From the IMG/VR virus record IMGVR_UViG_3300010885_020868, positions 2,676-66,675 of that record: DNA of 64,000 nucleotides; one strand, given 5' to 3'. The DNA comes from a virus. The position numbers and the translations under genes were made by a program. This document shows positions 49,789 to 59,745 of this stretch, one piece after another (position 1 is the first letter of the stretch; every line of letters begins with the position of its first letter). The notes below the pieces were generated by a model. It saw only the letters and a program-made list of their open reading frames with translations, searched no databases and was not told the origin of the DNA.

Positions 49789-50096
49789 TGTCTGAAAGAT
49801 CAGAGGTTAAGCGTGATGGAGCCAAGGCTCAAAAGAATAGTGGTCGTGGAGATTACCAAAAGGGTGACGCTCAATGGAAACAATTTTTAGTAGATTATAA
49901 AGAAGCTTCAAGATCGTTTGCGCTTAACAAAGAAGTCTGGGCAAAAATTTGCACAGATACCTTTAAAGTTAATAGAGATATGTACCCAGCTCTTAAAATT
50001 ATTTTAGGAACAGATTCAAAGGTTAGGCTAGGTTTAATTGAATGGGCAGTTTTAGAAGAATTAATTACATTTTGGGAGAAAAATCATGGAGAATAA
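49788..50096 (+). CDS. PD-(D/E)XK nuclease, Holliday junction resolvase-like
   Basis: E...NSGRG..KGD....LVDYK. Confidence 0.7.
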   Translation: MSERSEVKRDGAKAQKNSGRGDYQKGDAQWKQFLVDYKEASRSFALNKEVWAKICTDTFKVNRDMYPALKIILGTDSKVRLGLIEWAVLEELITFWEKNHGE

Positions 50097-50433
50097 AATA
50101 GAAAGTAAAAATACCTTAGAAATTATTAGTGATATTACTGAGTTTAATGATCTTCATGAGTTTATGCGAGATGAACATTTAGATAAAGCCCTTGGCATTG
50201 TGGTAAAATTATTAATGAACCCAGATGTTCCTTCGGCAAAAGCTCCACTTTTAATTATGGAGTTGCAGGCAATGTCAACTAAGTTTGCAGTTCTTGCATC
50301 AGTGTATTCTACTATTGCAAAAGATAAAGCGGGTACAGAAAACAATAATAAAAAGAATATTTATTATTCAGTAAAGGAGTCTATAGACAAACTTGTAGAT
50401 GCACTCAAGTATGTTGTTAGGTATAATTCGTAA
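50086..50433 (+). CDS. Hypothetical helical protein
   Basis: ORF coupled on both sides. Confidence 0.7.
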   Translation: MENKIESKNTLEIISDITEFNDLHEFMRDEHLDKALGIVVKLLMNPDVPSAKAPLLIMELQAMSTKFAVLASVYSTIAKDKAGTENNNKKNIYYSVKESIDKLVDALKYVVRYNS

Positions 50434-51224
50434 TGGGTAGAGATATAGTAAAGAATCTTAAATTTAAGAAACATACTGGTAAGCATTTTGATCCAGAACT
50501 ATTTGCACAATTATTAGATGAATCATATAGAAATACTAAACGTGCTGATGGAGAGATGACAAAGAAATCATTTAGTCCAAGCTCTTTAGGATATGGTCAT
50601 GGAACCTGCCCGAGATACTGGTACATGGCTTTTAGCGGAGCAATGTTTATTGATGATAACGATGCCGTTGCCGTAGCTAACATGGCTCAGGGCACTCAAG
50701 CTCACGAAAGGCTTCAAAAACTTATTGCGACTATGCCACAGTTTGTATCTGAAGAAGAAGAGATTATTAATGAATATCCTCCAGTTAGAGGCTTTATAGA
50801 CCTTATCATGGAGTATGATGGACAAACTGTAATTGGTGAAATTAAAACGGCTAAGCAAGAGGTATGGGATACTAGACAGTCTGAAATGAAATCTTCAGCC
50901 AACCATATGCTACAACTGCTTACCTATATGAAGTTAAAAAATGCTAAGGAAGGATTCTTCCTATATGAGAACAAGAATACTCAAGAAATACTTATAATCC
51001 CTATCTCTATGAATGAAAAGAACACTAAGATAATTGAAGATACTTTTACTTGGATGTGTGAAGTTTGGGATAATTTTAAAGACGGAGATATTCCAATGAA
51101 GCCAGCTGGAGTAACTAAGTCTAAGATGCCATGTACCTATTGCCCAGTTAAAAAAGAATGCTACAGTAAAGATACTCCTACTGGTACAGTACAGATTGAG
51201 CTGTATGAGGTTCCTAAGATATGA
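50433..51224 (+). CDS. Cas4/RecB-like PD-(D/E)XK exonuclease with Fe-S cysteines
   Basis: CPR, GT.AH, GFID, EIKT, Q...Y, C..C.....C. Confidence 0.85.
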   Translation: MGRDIVKNLKFKKHTGKHFDPELFAQLLDESYRNTKRADGEMTKKSFSPSSLGYGHGTCPRYWYMAFSGAMFIDDNDAVAVANMAQGTQAHERLQKLIATMPQFVSEEEEIINEYPPVRGFIDLIMEYDGQTVIGEIKTAKQEVWDTRQSEMKSSANHMLQLLTYMKLKNAKEGFFLYENKNTQEILIIPISMNEKNTKIIEDTFTWMCEVWDNFKDGDIPMKPAGVTKSKMPCTYCPVKKECYSKDTPTGTVQIELYEVPKI

Positions 51225-51499
51225 TTTGTAGTAATAAGGAATGCGCTAAAGACTTTGATGCTAAGACCCATAATCAAAAATATTGTTCTGATGAGTGCTG
51301 TCGAGTTGCAACTAATAAAAGAATCATGGAAAAATATTACGAAAAAAAAGCTATTAAAAATGGAGCATTAAGAAAATGTAAAAAGTGTTCTATTAGATTA
51401 AGTAGATATAACCAAAATGAAATATGCTCAAGTTGTGAAAAAAATATAAATTTAAAAAATAAAAATACATTATTAGGAATGTTAGATGAAATTAGCTGA
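51221..51499 (+). CDS. Cys-rich zinc-finger protein
   Basis: C....C...F......KYCS..C; CKKC...CSSC. Confidence 0.7.
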   Translation: MICSNKECAKDFDAKTHNQKYCSDECCRVATNKRIMEKYYEKKAIKNGALRKCKKCSIRLSRYNQNEICSSCEKNINLKNKNTLLGMLDEIS

Positions 51500-52052
51500 C
51501 TTAATAAAAACAAAAGCGGGTAGAGTTTTAGGAATAGATGCCTCTACAAATTCAATTGCGTTTTGCTTAATGGAAAATAATAAACCATTAAAGTGGGGCA
51601 AGATAGAGTTGTCTGGATCAGATATTTATGAAAAGATATATGATGCTAAGGTAAAGATGTCTGTTATGTTAGATGAATTAAAGTCTGATTATATTGCTGT
51701 AGAGGGTGCTATCCTTGTCAGATCCCCTGATGCTGTGATAAAATTATCTTATGTTTATGGTGTTGTTATTGCTGAGCTTATGTCTACTGGAGCTAAGGTC
51801 ATTACTATTTCTCCTACAGCTTGGCAGGCTTACATTGGAAACAAAAATCCTACCAAGGATGAGAAGGCGGCTATAAGGCTAAAGCATCCAGGGTATGCTG
51901 ATTCTTGGTATAAGAATCAAATAAGAAACATGCGTAAACAAAGAACAGTAGACTATTTTAATAATAAATATGGATTAAGTTTAGACGATTTTGATGTGGC
52001 AGATGCTTTTGGTATTGCCCATTATTCTAATGAGGAGTTGACTAAAAGATGA
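51486..52052 (+). CDS. ruvC: RuvC-like Holliday junction resolvase
   Basis: VLGIDAST, IAVEG, D.ADA.GIA. Confidence 0.8.
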   Translation: MKLADLIKTKAGRVLGIDASTNSIAFCLMENNKPLKWGKIELSGSDIYEKIYDAKVKMSVMLDELKSDYIAVEGAILVRSPDAVIKLSYVYGVVIAELMSTGAKVITISPTAWQAYIGNKNPTKDEKAAIRLKHPGYADSWYKNQIRNMRKQRTVDYFNNKYGLSLDDFDVADAFGIAHYSNEELTKR

Positions 52053-52195
52053 AATTGTATCAAAGTAAAGAGTGGCTTCATAGGCGGTACCTTGTACAAA
52101 AAAAGACAGTTACAGAAATAGCAAAAGAAGCGGGAACCTCTGCAATGACTATTCAGAGGTATTTAGTACAGTTTGGATTAATTAAAAAAAGATGA
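52049..52195 (+). CDS. 48-aa helix-turn-helix protein
   Basis: MKLYQSKEWLHRRY..QKKTVTEIAKEAGTSAMTIQRYL..FGL; ATGA overlaps at both ends; not in ORF track. Confidence 0.8.
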   Translation: MKLYQSKEWLHRRYLVQKKTVTEIAKEAGTSAMTIQRYLVQFGLIKKR

Positions 52196-52845
52196 TACCA
52201 GTATTAGCTATACCAGTCCTTAACAGATATGACTTGCTAGATCAAAATTTAGAAACAATTGATTACCCAGTTAAAGAAATTTTAATTATAAATAATGGCA
52301 ATGAAGATTACACGCCCAAAAGAAATGATTTAAATATTAGAGTATTAAATTTACCATCTAATTTAGGAATGTCTGGATCATGGAATCTTACTATAAAGCT
52401 GTATCCAAATGCAAACTATTGGATATTCTCTTCAGCAGATACGTATTGGATACCAGGAGCATTAGAAAAATTGCATCAATCTAGTGGAGATAGCAATCTA
52501 GTAATGACTACCGAAGCTTGGGGGGCATTTTCTATTGGTGAAAACATGATTAGAGAAGTAGGATTATTTGATGAATATTTCTATCCTATATACTTTGAAG
52601 ATAATGATTATTATGAGCGTGTTATGAATAGTTCTTTAAAAGATGGATATATAAATAGCGGAATAGAGGTAAGTACGCCACATGGTGCATCTCAAACTAT
52701 AAATAGTAATGAAAAATTATTAAATAGAAACCACGAAACTTTTGTAAAAAATCAAGAATACTTTAATTATAAAAAAGAAAATAATTTTCAAATTAATGGA
52801 GTATGGAGTATAGATAGAAGGAGGGAGCAAGAATGGCAATTATAG
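52192..52845 (+). CDS. Glycosyltransferase family 2 (GT-A)
   Basis: IPVLNR, ILIINNG, NLG.SGSWN, VGLFDE.F...YFEDND. Confidence 0.85.
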   Translation: MIPVLAIPVLNRYDLLDQNLETIDYPVKEILIINNGNEDYTPKRNDLNIRVLNLPSNLGMSGSWNLTIKLYPNANYWIFSSADTYWIPGALEKLHQSSGDSNLVMTTEAWGAFSIGENMIREVGLFDEYFYPIYFEDNDYYERVMNSSLKDGYINSGIEVSTPHGASQTINSNEKLLNRNHETFVKNQEYFNYKKENNFQINGVWSIDRRREQEWQL

Positions 52846-53486
52846 GTGTTCTGCCAGCTTCTGGCAAGGCAACAAGAATAGGTGGAATTGCAAAGTTTGC
52901 TTTGCCAATTTCTGACAACTCTTCTATTTTAAAATGGCATGTAGAACAAATGCTTGAAGTTTGTGATGAAGTTAGAGTTTCTACAAGATCAGCTTGGGTT
53001 CCAATTATTCAAAGCATGGAAATAAATATTAAGTTAATGATAAAAGAGCCATCAACAATGTCTGATGCGGTAAGTTTTTTAGCTGGTGGAGATAGCGATA
53101 CTTTATTGATAGGATTGCCAGATACATTTATGGTTGGAGCTACTAGTAATATTTATAAAAAAATGATAGAATCTGACGGAGATGTAGTTCTTGGAACTTG
53201 GGAATGTCATCAAGATATTAAAGGAAGAGTTGGGCAAATAGATGTTATTAAAAATAAAGTTGTTGGTTCAAAAGATAAGGTTTCAGATTGCGATTTCCCA
53301 TTTATGTGGGGAACAATGTTATTAAGAAACATGTCTAGTAAGATAGACTCTTCTTTAGCACATGTAGGACTGCAAATTCAAGAATGGATAGACAGCGGAA
53401 TAGATGTTAGATCAGTATTCCCAGGCGGACAGTATATGGATATTGGAACGCTAGATGGATTAAAATTATTATATAAGGAGATTTAA
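52833..53486 (+). CDS. Sugar-phosphate nucleotidyltransferase (RmlA-like)
   Basis: GVLPASGKATR....K..LP; GLPD; YMDIGT. Confidence 0.8.
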   Translation: MAIIGVLPASGKATRIGGIAKFALPISDNSSILKWHVEQMLEVCDEVRVSTRSAWVPIIQSMEINIKLMIKEPSTMSDAVSFLAGGDSDTLLIGLPDTFMVGATSNIYKKMIESDGDVVLGTWECHQDIKGRVGQIDVIKNKVVGSKDKVSDCDFPFMWGTMLLRNMSSKIDSSLAHVGLQIQEWIDSGIDVRSVFPGGQYMDIGTLDGLKLLYKEI

Positions 53487-54508
53487 TGCTTAATATTGGT
53501 AATAGTGAGGCGCTATGCTTTGATGATATTCTTTTAGTTCCACAACAATCAGATGTAGCAAGCCGAAAAGAAGTTAACTTAAAGATGAATGGGTATGACT
53601 TACCTATTGTTTCAAGTCCTATGGACACAGTAACTGGTTGGGAAATGGCAGCACATATTGCTAATGCTGGCGGAATTGGAATTATACATAGATACATGAG
53701 TCCTGATGATAGAATATTGGAATGTCGTAAAGCAATAAGGGCTACAGAAAATCCAGATAATATTGGTATTGCTATATCAGCAATTGAAGCTTTAGATACT
53801 CAATTCATTGAAGATTTAATTTTTGTTAAAGTTAAATGGATATGTGTTGATACTGCTAATGGTCATGGAGAATCATGTGCTAGAGCAGTTAGAGTATTAA
53901 AATCTAATTTCCCAAAATTAAAAGTTATGGCAGGCAATGTTTCTACAAAGTATGGTTACGGAAGATTGTCTAGAATGGGTGCCGATGCAATTAGGGTAGG
54001 AATTGGTGGCGGAGCCACATGTACCACTAGAATTGTTTCTGGTCATGGAATGCCAACTCTTCAATCTATTATTGATTGTTATGAATTTAAAAAAGAAAAT
54101 AATATAGAGGCTCTAATTATCGCAGATGGTGGAATTAGAAATACAGGAGACATGGTAAAGGCTTTTGCCGCAGGCGCAGACATGGTTATGCTTGGCTCTA
54201 TGCTAGCAGGTACAGATGAAGCCCCTGGAGACCTAGATAACGGGTTTAAACGATTTAGGGGTATGGCAAGTAAGGAAGCTCAATTACAATGGCGTGGAGA
54301 GTCTTCTGTGCCAGAAGGAGTGTCTACTATGATACCTTATAAAGGATTGGTGTCAAATGTTATTGAAGAAATTAAGGGTGGGCTAGGCAGTGGATGTTCT
54401 TATTCTGGAGTACATGCATTAGGAGATTTAGCTTATGAATCAAACTATGTTAAAGTTTCGCCATTAAGTAAAGCAGAATCTATTCCACATGCTAAGGGAG
54501 CAAATTAA
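53486..54508 (+). CDS. IMP dehydrogenase / GMP reductase family protein (no CBS domains)
   Basis: [56 protein letters not shown]. Confidence 0.9.
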   Translation: MLNIGNSEALCFDDILLVPQQSDVASRKEVNLKMNGYDLPIVSSPMDTVTGWEMAAHIANAGGIGIIHRYMSPDDRILECRKAIRATENPDNIGIAISAIEALDTQFIEDLIFVKVKWICVDTANGHGESCARAVRVLKSNFPKLKVMAGNVSTKYGYGRLSRMGADAIRVGIGGGATCTTRIVSGHGMPTLQSIIDCYEFKKENNIEALIIADGGIRNTGDMVKAFAAGADMVMLGSMLAGTDEAPGDLDNGFKRFRGMASKEAQLQWRGESSVPEGVSTMIPYKGLVSNVIEEIKGGLGSGCSYSGVHALGDLAYESNYVKVSPLSKAESIPHAKGAN

Positions 54509-54822
54509 TGAATATTCAAAAGGATAAAGGCTATCAAACTTGGATCACAGATCTACAGCTTTCAGCAATTGATGCTCCATCTGGACATGAAATTTTAAGA
54601 GAGTGTTTAGAAATTGCAGAGATGTTAATTAAAAAGAATATATCTTATGGAAACTCTGCTTTAAATCCAGTTAGAGTATTTAGCAAGGCGGATCCAAAAG
54701 AACAAATTATGGTTAGGCTTGATGATAAATTAAGCAGAATCAAAAATGCTGAGTCATTTCCAGGAGATAATGATATAGAAGATATGATTGGCTATTTAGT
54801 TTTATATAAATTATGTGATTGA
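54508..54822 (+). CDS. DUF1599-like / nucleotide-modification-associated protein (all-alpha NTP pyrophosphatase-like)
   Basis: KKN..YGNS...VR.DDK..RI...D..GY. Confidence 0.65.
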   Translation: MNIQKDKGYQTWITDLQLSAIDAPSGHEILRECLEIAEMLIKKNISYGNSALNPVRVFSKADPKEQIMVRLDDKLSRIKNAESFPGDNDIEDMIGYLVLYKLCD

Positions 54823-54847
54823 TTTTAGTCGACTAAGATGGTATACT
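54819..54847 (+). promoter_or_regulatory. Promoter with palindromic spacer
   Basis: TTGATT-17-TATACT (extended TG); TTAGTCGACTAA palindrome at 54825-54836. Confidence 0.55.
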
Positions 54848-54853
54848 AATTAA

Positions 54854-55390
54854 ATGTCAGAGATAGAATTATCGAGTCATTTTGACCGAATGAACAAAGT
54901 AGTAGAAGAACTACTTAAGGGTAATAATGCTACTGCCATTGCTACAATTACTGGGTTTCCCCGCAAAGATGTTGTTGAGTTAATTGGCGAATGGAAATCC
55001 GTAGTCCACAATGATCAAGGTGCTAAAGATCGTGCCAAGGAAGCAATTTCTGGTGCAGATCAACACTATGCTATGCTAATTAAAGAAGCATGGAAAACTG
55101 TAGAAGATGCGGATCAATCTGGACAGCTTGGCATTAAATCTGGTGCCCTAAAATTAATTGCCGACATTGAGACAAAACGAATAGCAATGCTTCAACAAGT
55201 AGGCTTATTAGACAATGCTGAGATGGCAGACATCATTGCCGAGACTGAACGCAAACAAGAAATTTTAGTTAGAATTTTAAAAGAAGTAACCTCAAGTTGC
55301 CCTAAATGTAAGATGGATGTTGCTAGAAGACTATCTCAAATTACAGGAATAGTTGAGTCAATTATAGTAGAGGATGTCAGTGGACTTTAA
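54854..55390 (+). CDS. Terminase small subunit (putative)
   Basis: N-terminal HTH, coiled coil, CPKC; overlaps terminase large subunit. Confidence 0.65.
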   Translation: MSEIELSSHFDRMNKVVEELLKGNNATAIATITGFPRKDVVELIGEWKSVVHNDQGAKDRAKEAISGADQHYAMLIKEAWKTVEDADQSGQLGIKSGALKLIADIETKRIAMLQQVGLLDNAEMADIIAETERKQEILVRILKEVTSSCPKCKMDVARRLSQITGIVESIIVEDVSGL

Positions 55391-57179
55391 TTTTAATGAT
55401 CTCATTGATATGCTGGACGGCGAAGAATTTGATGAACGTCCAGTCGATCTTCGCACGTTTGTAACAGATCCACAATTTCTTGCGCTTCCGCCACTCTCAG
55501 AAGCACAATACACTTTAATTGAAAAAAGTTCTCAGATTTATAAAGAAGCTACACTTAAAAAACTTTTCGGAGACGAAGAGGGCGCAAGAATGTATAAGCA
55601 GACGGCTACAGAAGTTATTGCTCAATTAGGTAAAGGCTCTGGTAAAGATTATTCATCAACTATTGCAGTTTCATATATAGTATACCTATTGTTATGCTTG
55701 AAAGATCCAGCCACATATTATGGTAAGCCTCCAGGAGATGCAATTGATATTTTAAATATTGCTATAAATGCTCAACAGGCAAATAACGTTTTCTTTAAAG
55801 GATTTAAAACACGCATCGAAAGATCACCTTGGTTTGTTGGAAAGTATACAGACAAGGCTTCTGAAATGAAGTTTGATAAATCAGTTACAGTTCACTCAGG
55901 CCACTCAGAGCGTGAGGCATGGGAAGGCTATAACGTACTTGTAGTTATCCTAGATGAGATATCTGGTTTTGCTACAGACAATACAACTGGCCATGATCAA
56001 GCTAAGACTGCTAATGCTATATACGACATGTATCGTGCATCAGTTGATTCTCGTTTCCCAGACTTTGGCAAAGTAATTCTTCTTTCATTTCCACGTTTTA
56101 AAAATGATCCTATTCAAAAGTTTTATGACTCTGTTATTGCTGAAAAAGAAACTATTATACGTACACATCATTTTAAGATGGACGAAGATCTTCCAGACGG
56201 AACCGAAGGGAATGAGTTTGAAGTTCAATGGGAAGAAGATCATATTAAATCATATTTAATTCCAAAAGTCTACGCATTGAAAAGACCCACTTGGGAAGTA
56301 AATCCAACTAGAAGTATTGATGATTTTAAGACAGCATTTTATAAGAACAGTATGGATGCCCTAGGACGCTTTGCCTGTATGCCACCAGAAATGGTTGATG
56401 CGTTCTTTAAGTCTCGTGAAAAGATTGAAAAGGCATTTAATAAAATGAATTTAGCGGTGGATAATTTTGGTAGAATAGAAGAATGGTTTAAGCCAGAAGA
56501 TGATAAAGATTATTTTATTCACGTTGACTTAGCTCAGAAGCATGATCATTGTGCTGTAGCTTTAGCGCATGTTGACAGGTGGGTTAATGTTAAAGTAACA
56601 AATGAATATTCTCAACCAGCTCCAATTGTTAGCGTAGATGCTGTTAGATATTGGACTCCTACTCCAGATAAGTCAGTAGATTTTACTGAAGTTAAAGATT
56701 ATATTTTATCTCTTAAGACTCGTGGCTTTAACATTCGTGCTTGTACGTTTGACCGCTGGAACTCACATGACATGATGCAGCAATTGAAGTCTTATGGAAT
56801 TAATACAGAACTATTGTCTGTTGCTAAAAAACATTATGATGACATGGCAATGGTAGTCATGGAAGAAAGATTATCTGGCCCAGCAATTAAACTACTTATT
56901 GATGAATTGTTACAGCTTAAAATTATGCGGGACAAAGTGGATCACCCTAGAAAAGGTTCTAAAGACTTAGCAGATGCTGTATGTGGAGCAGTATATAATT
57001 CTATTAGTAGAACTAGACCAAATATGGATAATGAAATAAAGATTCATACATACGAGTCTATGAGTTTTGACAATGATTTTAATCCACGAGAAGAAAAAGA
57101 TGAATCATATAATTTAATTAGGGCACCAAGAATACCTGAAAACTTACAAGAAGCAATGGATAGGATGCAGATACTATGA
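55374..57179 (+). CDS. terL: Terminase large subunit
   Basis: Walker A GKGSGKD, Walker B VILDE, LSFP, PTWEVNP, nuclease HVDLA, FDRW, DH....SKD.ADA. Confidence 0.92.
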   Translation: MSVDFNFNDLIDMLDGEEFDERPVDLRTFVTDPQFLALPPLSEAQYTLIEKSSQIYKEATLKKLFGDEEGARMYKQTATEVIAQLGKGSGKDYSSTIAVSYIVYLLLCLKDPATYYGKPPGDAIDILNIAINAQQANNVFFKGFKTRIERSPWFVGKYTDKASEMKFDKSVTVHSGHSEREAWEGYNVLVVILDEISGFATDNTTGHDQAKTANAIYDMYRASVDSRFPDFGKVILLSFPRFKNDPIQKFYDSVIAEKETIIRTHHFKMDEDLPDGTEGNEFEVQWEEDHIKSYLIPKVYALKRPTWEVNPTRSIDDFKTAFYKNSMDALGRFACMPPEMVDAFFKSREKIEKAFNKMNLAVDNFGRIEEWFKPEDDKDYFIHVDLAQKHDHCAVALAHVDRWVNVKVTNEYSQPAPIVSVDAVRYWTPTPDKSVDFTEVKDYILSLKTRGFNIRACTFDRWNSHDMMQQLKSYGINTELLSVAKKHYDDMAMVVMEERLSGPAIKLLIDELLQLKIMRDKVDHPRKGSKDLADAVCGAVYNSISRTRPNMDNEIKIHTYESMSFDNDFNPREEKDESYNLIRAPRIPENLQEAMDRMQIL

Positions 57180-57424
57180 GTATATATCAAGAAAAAGCTA
57201 AAGAATGCAAGTGCTGTGGAAAACATGTACCCCTTCCAACTATATTAAAAGAATACAACGGAGCCATGCTTTGCCCTACTACTTTCTCTAATGTAATTGA
57301 ATATAAAAGATTATGGAAAGTATTAGGAACTCGACCAAGCGGAAGCATTAGAAAACATTTTTCAGAGTATGTACAGCAACTTGTTGAGAGCACCATTGAC
57401 AAAAACGAAGACGGAACGTTATAA
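57176..57424 (+). CDS. Hypothetical Cys-containing protein
   Basis: CKCC...LCPT; ATGA overlap. Confidence 0.65.
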   Translation: MSIYQEKAKECKCCGKHVPLPTILKEYNGAMLCPTTFSNVIEYKRLWKVLGTRPSGSIRKHFSEYVQQLVESTIDKNEDGTL

Positions 57425-57425
57425 T
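57396..57425 (+). promoter_or_regulatory. Consensus promoter for tRNA
   Basis: TTGACA-18-TATAAT, 10 nt upstream of tRNA. Confidence 0.65.
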
Positions 57426-57435
57426 ATACACCTAA

Positions 57436-57509
57436 GCAACAGTAGCTTAGTTGGTTAAAGCCCCGAACTCATAATTCGGTAATCCTCGGTTCAAGTCCGA
57501 GCTGTTGCA
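57436..57509 (+). tRNA. tRNA with CAT anticodon (elongator Met or Ile2)
   Basis: Acceptor GCAACAG/CTGTTGC, anticodon arm CCGAA-ctCATaa-TTCGG, T arm CTCGG-TTCAAGT-CCGAG; CCA not encoded. Confidence 0.9.
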
Positions 57510-57531
57510 CGGAAAGGTATATAATTAATAT

Positions 57532-57834
57532 ATGGACGAAGACGAGAAGTTAGCCTTCTATTTAGAGATAGGCGCTATTGAAGTAATGGGTATAGAAGAT
57601 GATGGAGAGTTTATCTTTAAAATAACCGATGCTGCTAAAGAGCTGGCTCCAGAATTGTGGGAAGCCCACGAAGATCACGTCAACTCAACCCTGATAGAAC
57701 TATATGAAAAAGGATTAATTAATGTTTCATATGATGAATCTCTAGAAGCTATAATTGAAATTACTCCAGAAGGAATGGATGTTATTAAGGCAGCAGGATT
57801 AATTAATATGGAATATGATACAGAAAAAGAGTAA
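57532..57834 (+). CDS. Hypothetical acidic protein (winged-helix-like)
   Basis: L.ELYEKGLI...ITPEG; TATAAT 6 nt upstream. Confidence 0.65.
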   Translation: MDEDEKLAFYLEIGAIEVMGIEDDGEFIFKITDAAKELAPELWEAHEDHVNSTLIELYEKGLINVSYDESLEAIIEITPEGMDVIKAAGLINMEYDTEKE

Positions 57835-57837
57835 GTA

Positions 57838-58881
57838 ATGTATGTCCGTGATATTATAGGCTGGGAATGCGATTCAATTGAAGAATTAAAATATGATAAT
57901 TTTTCCATATTTAAAATGTCTAATTTAAAATCAGAAAATAACAGCCTATCGGATACAGTGTTTATTCCAGGCAAATCCTTTTTTATTGCTTATGATAAGT
58001 TCTTTTGGCATTTTTTACAAGAAGGTCTAGGGCAATACGAATTAATAAATGATTGTGTTAAAGATGTAAATTTAATATTTATAGATATTTTGTATATTAA
58101 TGAAAAATATAAACAAGACAAATCAATAGATGAGTTTTCAAAATATATACCAGAATCTGGCAATTTTTTTGTTGATTTTTTTAATATCTATTCTAAACAA
58201 AAAAATATTTATGACATTTTTAAAGACAATATTATTTTCGAAGAATTGTATATTATTCTAGATTTTAGAAACATACTTGATGAAAATTTATTTAAAAAAC
58301 ATGGGAATTTACCATATTGGTTTGTGGGAGATGGATATCATAATAGACACAATGACCCATCTGGCCACTGGCAATTTAAAGGATTATCTTTATTAAGAAA
58401 TAGAATGTTAAATAATATAGAAAAAGATATTTCCTACCCTACAAAAATATACATATCTAGAGAAGATGCAAATAATAAATATCGAAGCGGAGACATTCCT
58501 GAAAAAGATGTCAGTCTTAGACTATTTGAAGAAGACAAAATATTAAAAGATTACTTTGGAAGATTTGGCTACACTCCTATAGTTTTTGAAGGAATCCCTA
58601 GTATTGAGCAAGCTAAAATAATTTTTAATGCTAAAAAAATAGTTGGACCTATAGGCTCGGGATTTTTAAATACTATATTTTGTGATAAAGACACAACTGT
58701 TTTTGAGCTACATGTTAAGCCAAAATTTTCTTTTAGCTATAAATACGTTTCTGACTACGTAGCAAAAAGTTATTTTTACTCAATAGATTTAAAAAAATAT
58801 GAAAATGACGACGAGTCTTATGGCATGATGACTATTGAAGAGATAGATAAATATTTAGAAAACTATAAGGCATTATTCTAA
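57838..58881 (+). CDS. Glycosyltransferase family 61-like
   Basis: FWHFL.E, KIYISR, EQ......A..IVGP.GSG..N..F...VFEL. Confidence 0.75.
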   Translation: MYVRDIIGWECDSIEELKYDNFSIFKMSNLKSENNSLSDTVFIPGKSFFIAYDKFFWHFLQEGLGQYELINDCVKDVNLIFIDILYINEKYKQDKSIDEFSKYIPESGNFFVDFFNIYSKQKNIYDIFKDNIIFEELYIILDFRNILDENLFKKHGNLPYWFVGDGYHNRHNDPSGHWQFKGLSLLRNRMLNNIEKDISYPTKIYISREDANNKYRSGDIPEKDVSLRLFEEDKILKDYFGRFGYTPIVFEGIPSIEQAKIIFNAKKIVGPIGSGFLNTIFCDKDTTVFELHVKPKFSFSYKYVSDYVAKSYFYSIDLKKYENDDESYGMMTIEEIDKYLENYKALF

Positions 58882-59717
58882 TGCAATATACTACCAGATA
58901 CTTTAATAAAATAATAGAAGATCAAAATTTTTTATATAAACAATCTTCAAATATTGAAAAAATTAAAGCAGAGTATGATTATTATTATTACTTGCCAGAT
59001 GAATTAAAGCATTATTTTGTCCAGCCGCAGGACTTTTTATTAGAGAGTCCCTTGGCGAGCTACAAAATGCAAAAAATGTATATAGAAGATGCTGCTAAGC
59101 AAATAGTTAACTATTCTATGGATATAAAATCTTTTAGAAATCTTTTAAATAAAATAGAAGATTTTAAAAATAATTGTGATGAGATAAGATTGTCTCAAGA
59201 AGATGGGTTTCAAGAGGCTCAAAAAATAGTTTTAACAAAAACTATAAACAGGTTAGATAATCTCAACATCCCTACTGGGGATCTGTATTTTAGATTATCT
59301 AAATCTTTTGAGTATTATAAGCATGACAGAGTAAATTGGGATCTAAAAGTATCTCATGGAGATTTATGCTTATCTAATATATTATGGAATGGTAATATTC
59401 TATTAATAGATCCTAAAGGGGCTTTAAATAAAAACGATCTATACATGGATAAATATTACGATATGGCAAAACTTAGTCATTCAATAATTGGTGGATACGA
59501 CTTTATCAATAATGAGATGTATGACTTTGAAATTGGACAAGAGTTTATTGAAGAGTTTAAAATTTTTTTAGAAACAAATGACTTTAATTTTAAATTGCTT
59601 AGAGTGTACGAAGCCTCTTTGTTTTTATCTATGCTCCCATTTCATATTGAAAATACTAAAAAAATATCATATTTTCTAAATCAATGTGATATAATATTAA
59701 AAGAAATAGGATTTTAA
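58881..59717 (+). CDS. APH/choline-kinase-like phosphotransferase (capsule-biosynthesis type)
   Basis: HGDLCLSNIL, LIDPKG, YYDMAKL.HS. Confidence 0.8.
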   Translation: MQYTTRYFNKIIEDQNFLYKQSSNIEKIKAEYDYYYYLPDELKHYFVQPQDFLLESPLASYKMQKMYIEDAAKQIVNYSMDIKSFRNLLNKIEDFKNNCDEIRLSQEDGFQEAQKIVLTKTINRLDNLNIPTGDLYFRLSKSFEYYKHDRVNWDLKVSHGDLCLSNILWNGNILLIDPKGALNKNDLYMDKYYDMAKLSHSIIGGYDFINNEMYDFEIGQEFIEEFKIFLETNDFNFKLLRVYEASLFLSMLPFHIENTKKISYFLNQCDIILKEIGF

Positions 59718-59745
59718 TGTTAAATATTTTTTTAAAGAGGAAAAA

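Noticed and set aside
50433-51224. Cas4-like gene as evidence for a CRISPR-Cas system
   Set aside because: No repeat-spacer array or other cas genes were seen; it lies among recombination genes, as is usual for phage Cas4-like exonucleases
41470-57179. Inteins or introns in DnaB, DnaE, RecA or TerL
   Set aside because: Lengths are ordinary and I saw no splice-junction or LAGLIDADG motifs
54854-57179. Terminase located far from the portal as an anomaly
   Set aside because: Separation of terminase from the head module is known in large phages, so it is not evidence of novelty by itself
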